Of a stretch of DNA of 64,000 bases, positions 62,296 through 64,000 are shown piece by piece (within the stretch, counting starts at the first letter, position 1; each line of letters opens with the position of its first letter). Both the position numbers and the translations under genes were made by a program. This stretch comes from Clostridia bacterium. Its GTDB lineage: Bacteria; Bacillota; Clostridia; Monoglobales; Firm-18. The notes under the pieces were generated by a model. It was not told the DNA's origin and did no database searches. It saw only the letters and a list, made by a program, of their open reading frames with translations. The DNA is taken from assembly GCA_045541135.1 (NCBI GenBank), contig JAZQIO010000028.1, positions 104,854 through 168,853 of the forward strand, read 5' to 3'.

Positions 62296-63903
62296 CTAAA
62301 ACTTGTCTTTTGCAAACATTTCCGAAAGTTTTACATATTTATCATATAATTTTTTATATTTTTCTGTATTTTCAAGGTTTGGTTTATAAACAACCTTACA
62401 TTCTTTTGAAAGAGCTTTTACTGCTTCTTCCACTGTTTCAAATTCACCTGATGCGTATGCCGCAAACATTGCGCTACCAACAGCACCGCCCTGTTTGCAG
62501 TCAGCAACTTTAATTTCCTTTCCTGTTACATCGCTGTATATTTGCATAAGCAATTTATTTTTAAGTGATATTCCTCCGCTTGCATATACTTCCTTTACTT
62601 CTACCCCGTATTTTTCATACAAGTCAAAAATTACTTTGGTACCAAATGCGGCTGATTCTATAAGTGCTCTGTACATTTCTTCGGGTTTTGTGCCTAAAGT
62701 AAAACCAAACATTGCACCTGTAAGATTATTATCTACATAAGGTGTGCGGTTACCGTTCCACCAATCAAGTGCAAGTATTTTATTTTCACCTGCAGTTATT
62801 TTTTCTGCAAGCTGTTCTAAATAATCAAATACACTTATACCAAGTTTGTCAGCTGTATCCTTATACGAATATGGTACACAGCTTTTAACAAACCAGTCAA
62901 ACATATCACCAATACAACATTGACCTGATTCATAAACACTATAGTCCGGAAACAGTCCACCCTCTACCTTACCACAGGTGCCGGGAACATCAACATCTTT
63001 TTTATCAAGCATAATATGGCATCCTGATGTACCAATTATAAGCATCATCTGCCCTGGTTTGGCTATTCCTCCTGCCGGCAAACCAGCATGTGCATCAAGA
63101 CAGGGAACAGCAACAACAGTTCCTTCTGAAAGCCCTGTAAGTTCAGCACCATATTTTGTAACTGTACCTGCAACAGTACCTACTGCTTTAACTTCTCCTC
63201 TTAATTTTGTTTCTACAATATTATCAAGCTTCGGGTTAAGATTTTCCAAAAAATCATTTGAAGGATATCCGTCTTTTGGTGTCCACGAACCTTTAAAACC
63301 TGCCATACAGCAGTTGCGTATGGTATTGCCTGTTAGAAGCCATATTATCCAATCGCCTGCTTCAACAAAATATTCTGTACATTCATATACTTCCGGTGCT
63401 TTTTCAACAGTTTCAAGTATTTTAGGGAACAGCCATTCCGAAGACACTTTGCCACCATAGGTTGTAAGCCATTTTTCATTACTCTTTTCTGCCATTTCGG
63501 TAATGTAATCTGCCTGTGGCTGTGCGCTGTGGTGCTTCCAGAGCTTTACATATGCCATAGGATTATTTTTAAATTCATCCTGCATGCAGAGAGGTTTAAA
63601 ATCTGCATCAACGGGTAGCATTGTACATCCTGTAAAATCAACGCCTATTCCCACCACTTGCTCTACTTTTATATGTGCCTGTTTTACAACATCTTTTGTT
63701 GTGTATGACAAAGCCTCTATGTAATCCTGCGGATGTTGAAATGCACTATTTTCATCTAATTTAACACCATTTATATTATCCGACATAACAGCATGAGGAT
63801 ATTTATATTCAGATACCGCAACCTCGTTACCGTTTTCAAGGTCAAGTAATACTGCACGAGCAGAAAGTGTACCAAAATCTATGCCTATTGTATATTTTTT
63901 CAT
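62296..63903 (-). CDS. araB: Ribulokinase (FGGY family)
   Basis: GIDFGTLSARA, QHPQDY, GVDFTGCT, VKLWKHH.AQ, YGGKVSSEW, DAHA, LDWWNGNR. Confidence 0.93.
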   Translation of the reverse strand: MKKYTIGIDFGTLSARAVLLDLENGNEVAVSEYKYPHAVMSDNINGVKLDENSAFQHPQDYIEALSYTTKDVVKQAHIKVEQVVGIGVDFTGCTMLPVDADFKPLCMQDEFKNNPMAYVKLWKHHSAQPQADYITEMAEKSNEKWLTTYGGKVSSEWLFPKILETVEKAPEVYECTEYFVEAGDWIIWLLTGNTIRNCCMAGFKGSWTPKDGYPSNDFLENLNPKLDNIVETKLRGEVKAVGTVAGTVTKYGAELTGLSEGTVVAVPCLDAHAGLPAGGIAKPGQMMLIIGTSGCHIMLDKKDVDVPGTCGKVEGGLFPDYSVYESGQCCIGDMFDWFVKSCVPYSYKDTADKLGISVFDYLEQLAEKITAGENKILALDWWNGNRTPYVDNNLTGAMFGFTLGTKPEEMYRALIESAAFGTKVIFDLYEKYGVEVKEVYASGGISLKNKLLMQIYSDVTGKEIKVADCKQGGAVGSAMFAAYASGEFETVEEAVKALSKECKVVYKPNLENTEKYKKLYDKYVKLSEMFAKDKF

Positions 63904-64000
63904 AGATAAATCTTCCTTTAAGTTTTTTTACATTGTATCACAACAAGTAAAAGTTTGCAAGAAAAAACACCGCCTAAAGGCGGTTGGTCTTAGGGATAAG

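Overview
AT-rich chromosomal segment of a spore-forming, glycan-foraging Clostridia-class firmicute (inferred from spoIIIA/spoIIG/sigE, SLH proteins and sigma-A promoters; lineage not determinable from this window alone). Housekeeping content: partial def, GH2 lacZ, Cu/Zn SOD, an EF-G paralog, nifJ, mrp, initiator tRNA-Met, asp23, the spoIIIAA-AH operon, a THF riboswitch with folT, spoIIGA-sigE plus a D,D-carboxypeptidase, mglBAC, queH, a Mn-catalase, an NhaC-family transporter, lyxose isomerase with a PfkB kinase, and araB. Most notable: (1) a roughly 13.6 kb five-gene operon next to a divergent AraC gene, encoding an atypical Asp-box sialidase-like protein, a NanA-like aldolase, an S-layer protein, a large non-catalytic SLH protein and an SLH-anchored heparinase II/III-like lyase. 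A ~1790-aa paralog elsewhere in the window fuses the modules of the last two genes. Both lyases carry what reads as a circularly permuted DNRLRE/CBM96 domain, and an unnamed repeated beta-rich module is shared by the non-catalytic SLH protein and the fused paralog. (2) A BlaI/BlaR1-like system whose M56 protease is split, in frame and with its own RBS, just before the autocleavage-loop/TM/sensor half (stalk+M23). (3) A SpoIIIAG lacking the channel-forming beta insertion. (4) A decaying araD/G1PDH operon with two disrupted genes, next to a divergent DeoR gene. (5) A nested MITE/REP element inserted in a duplicated terminator. No CRISPR array, rRNA, intact transposase or prophage was seen. All family assignments are by eye from motifs; no searches were run.
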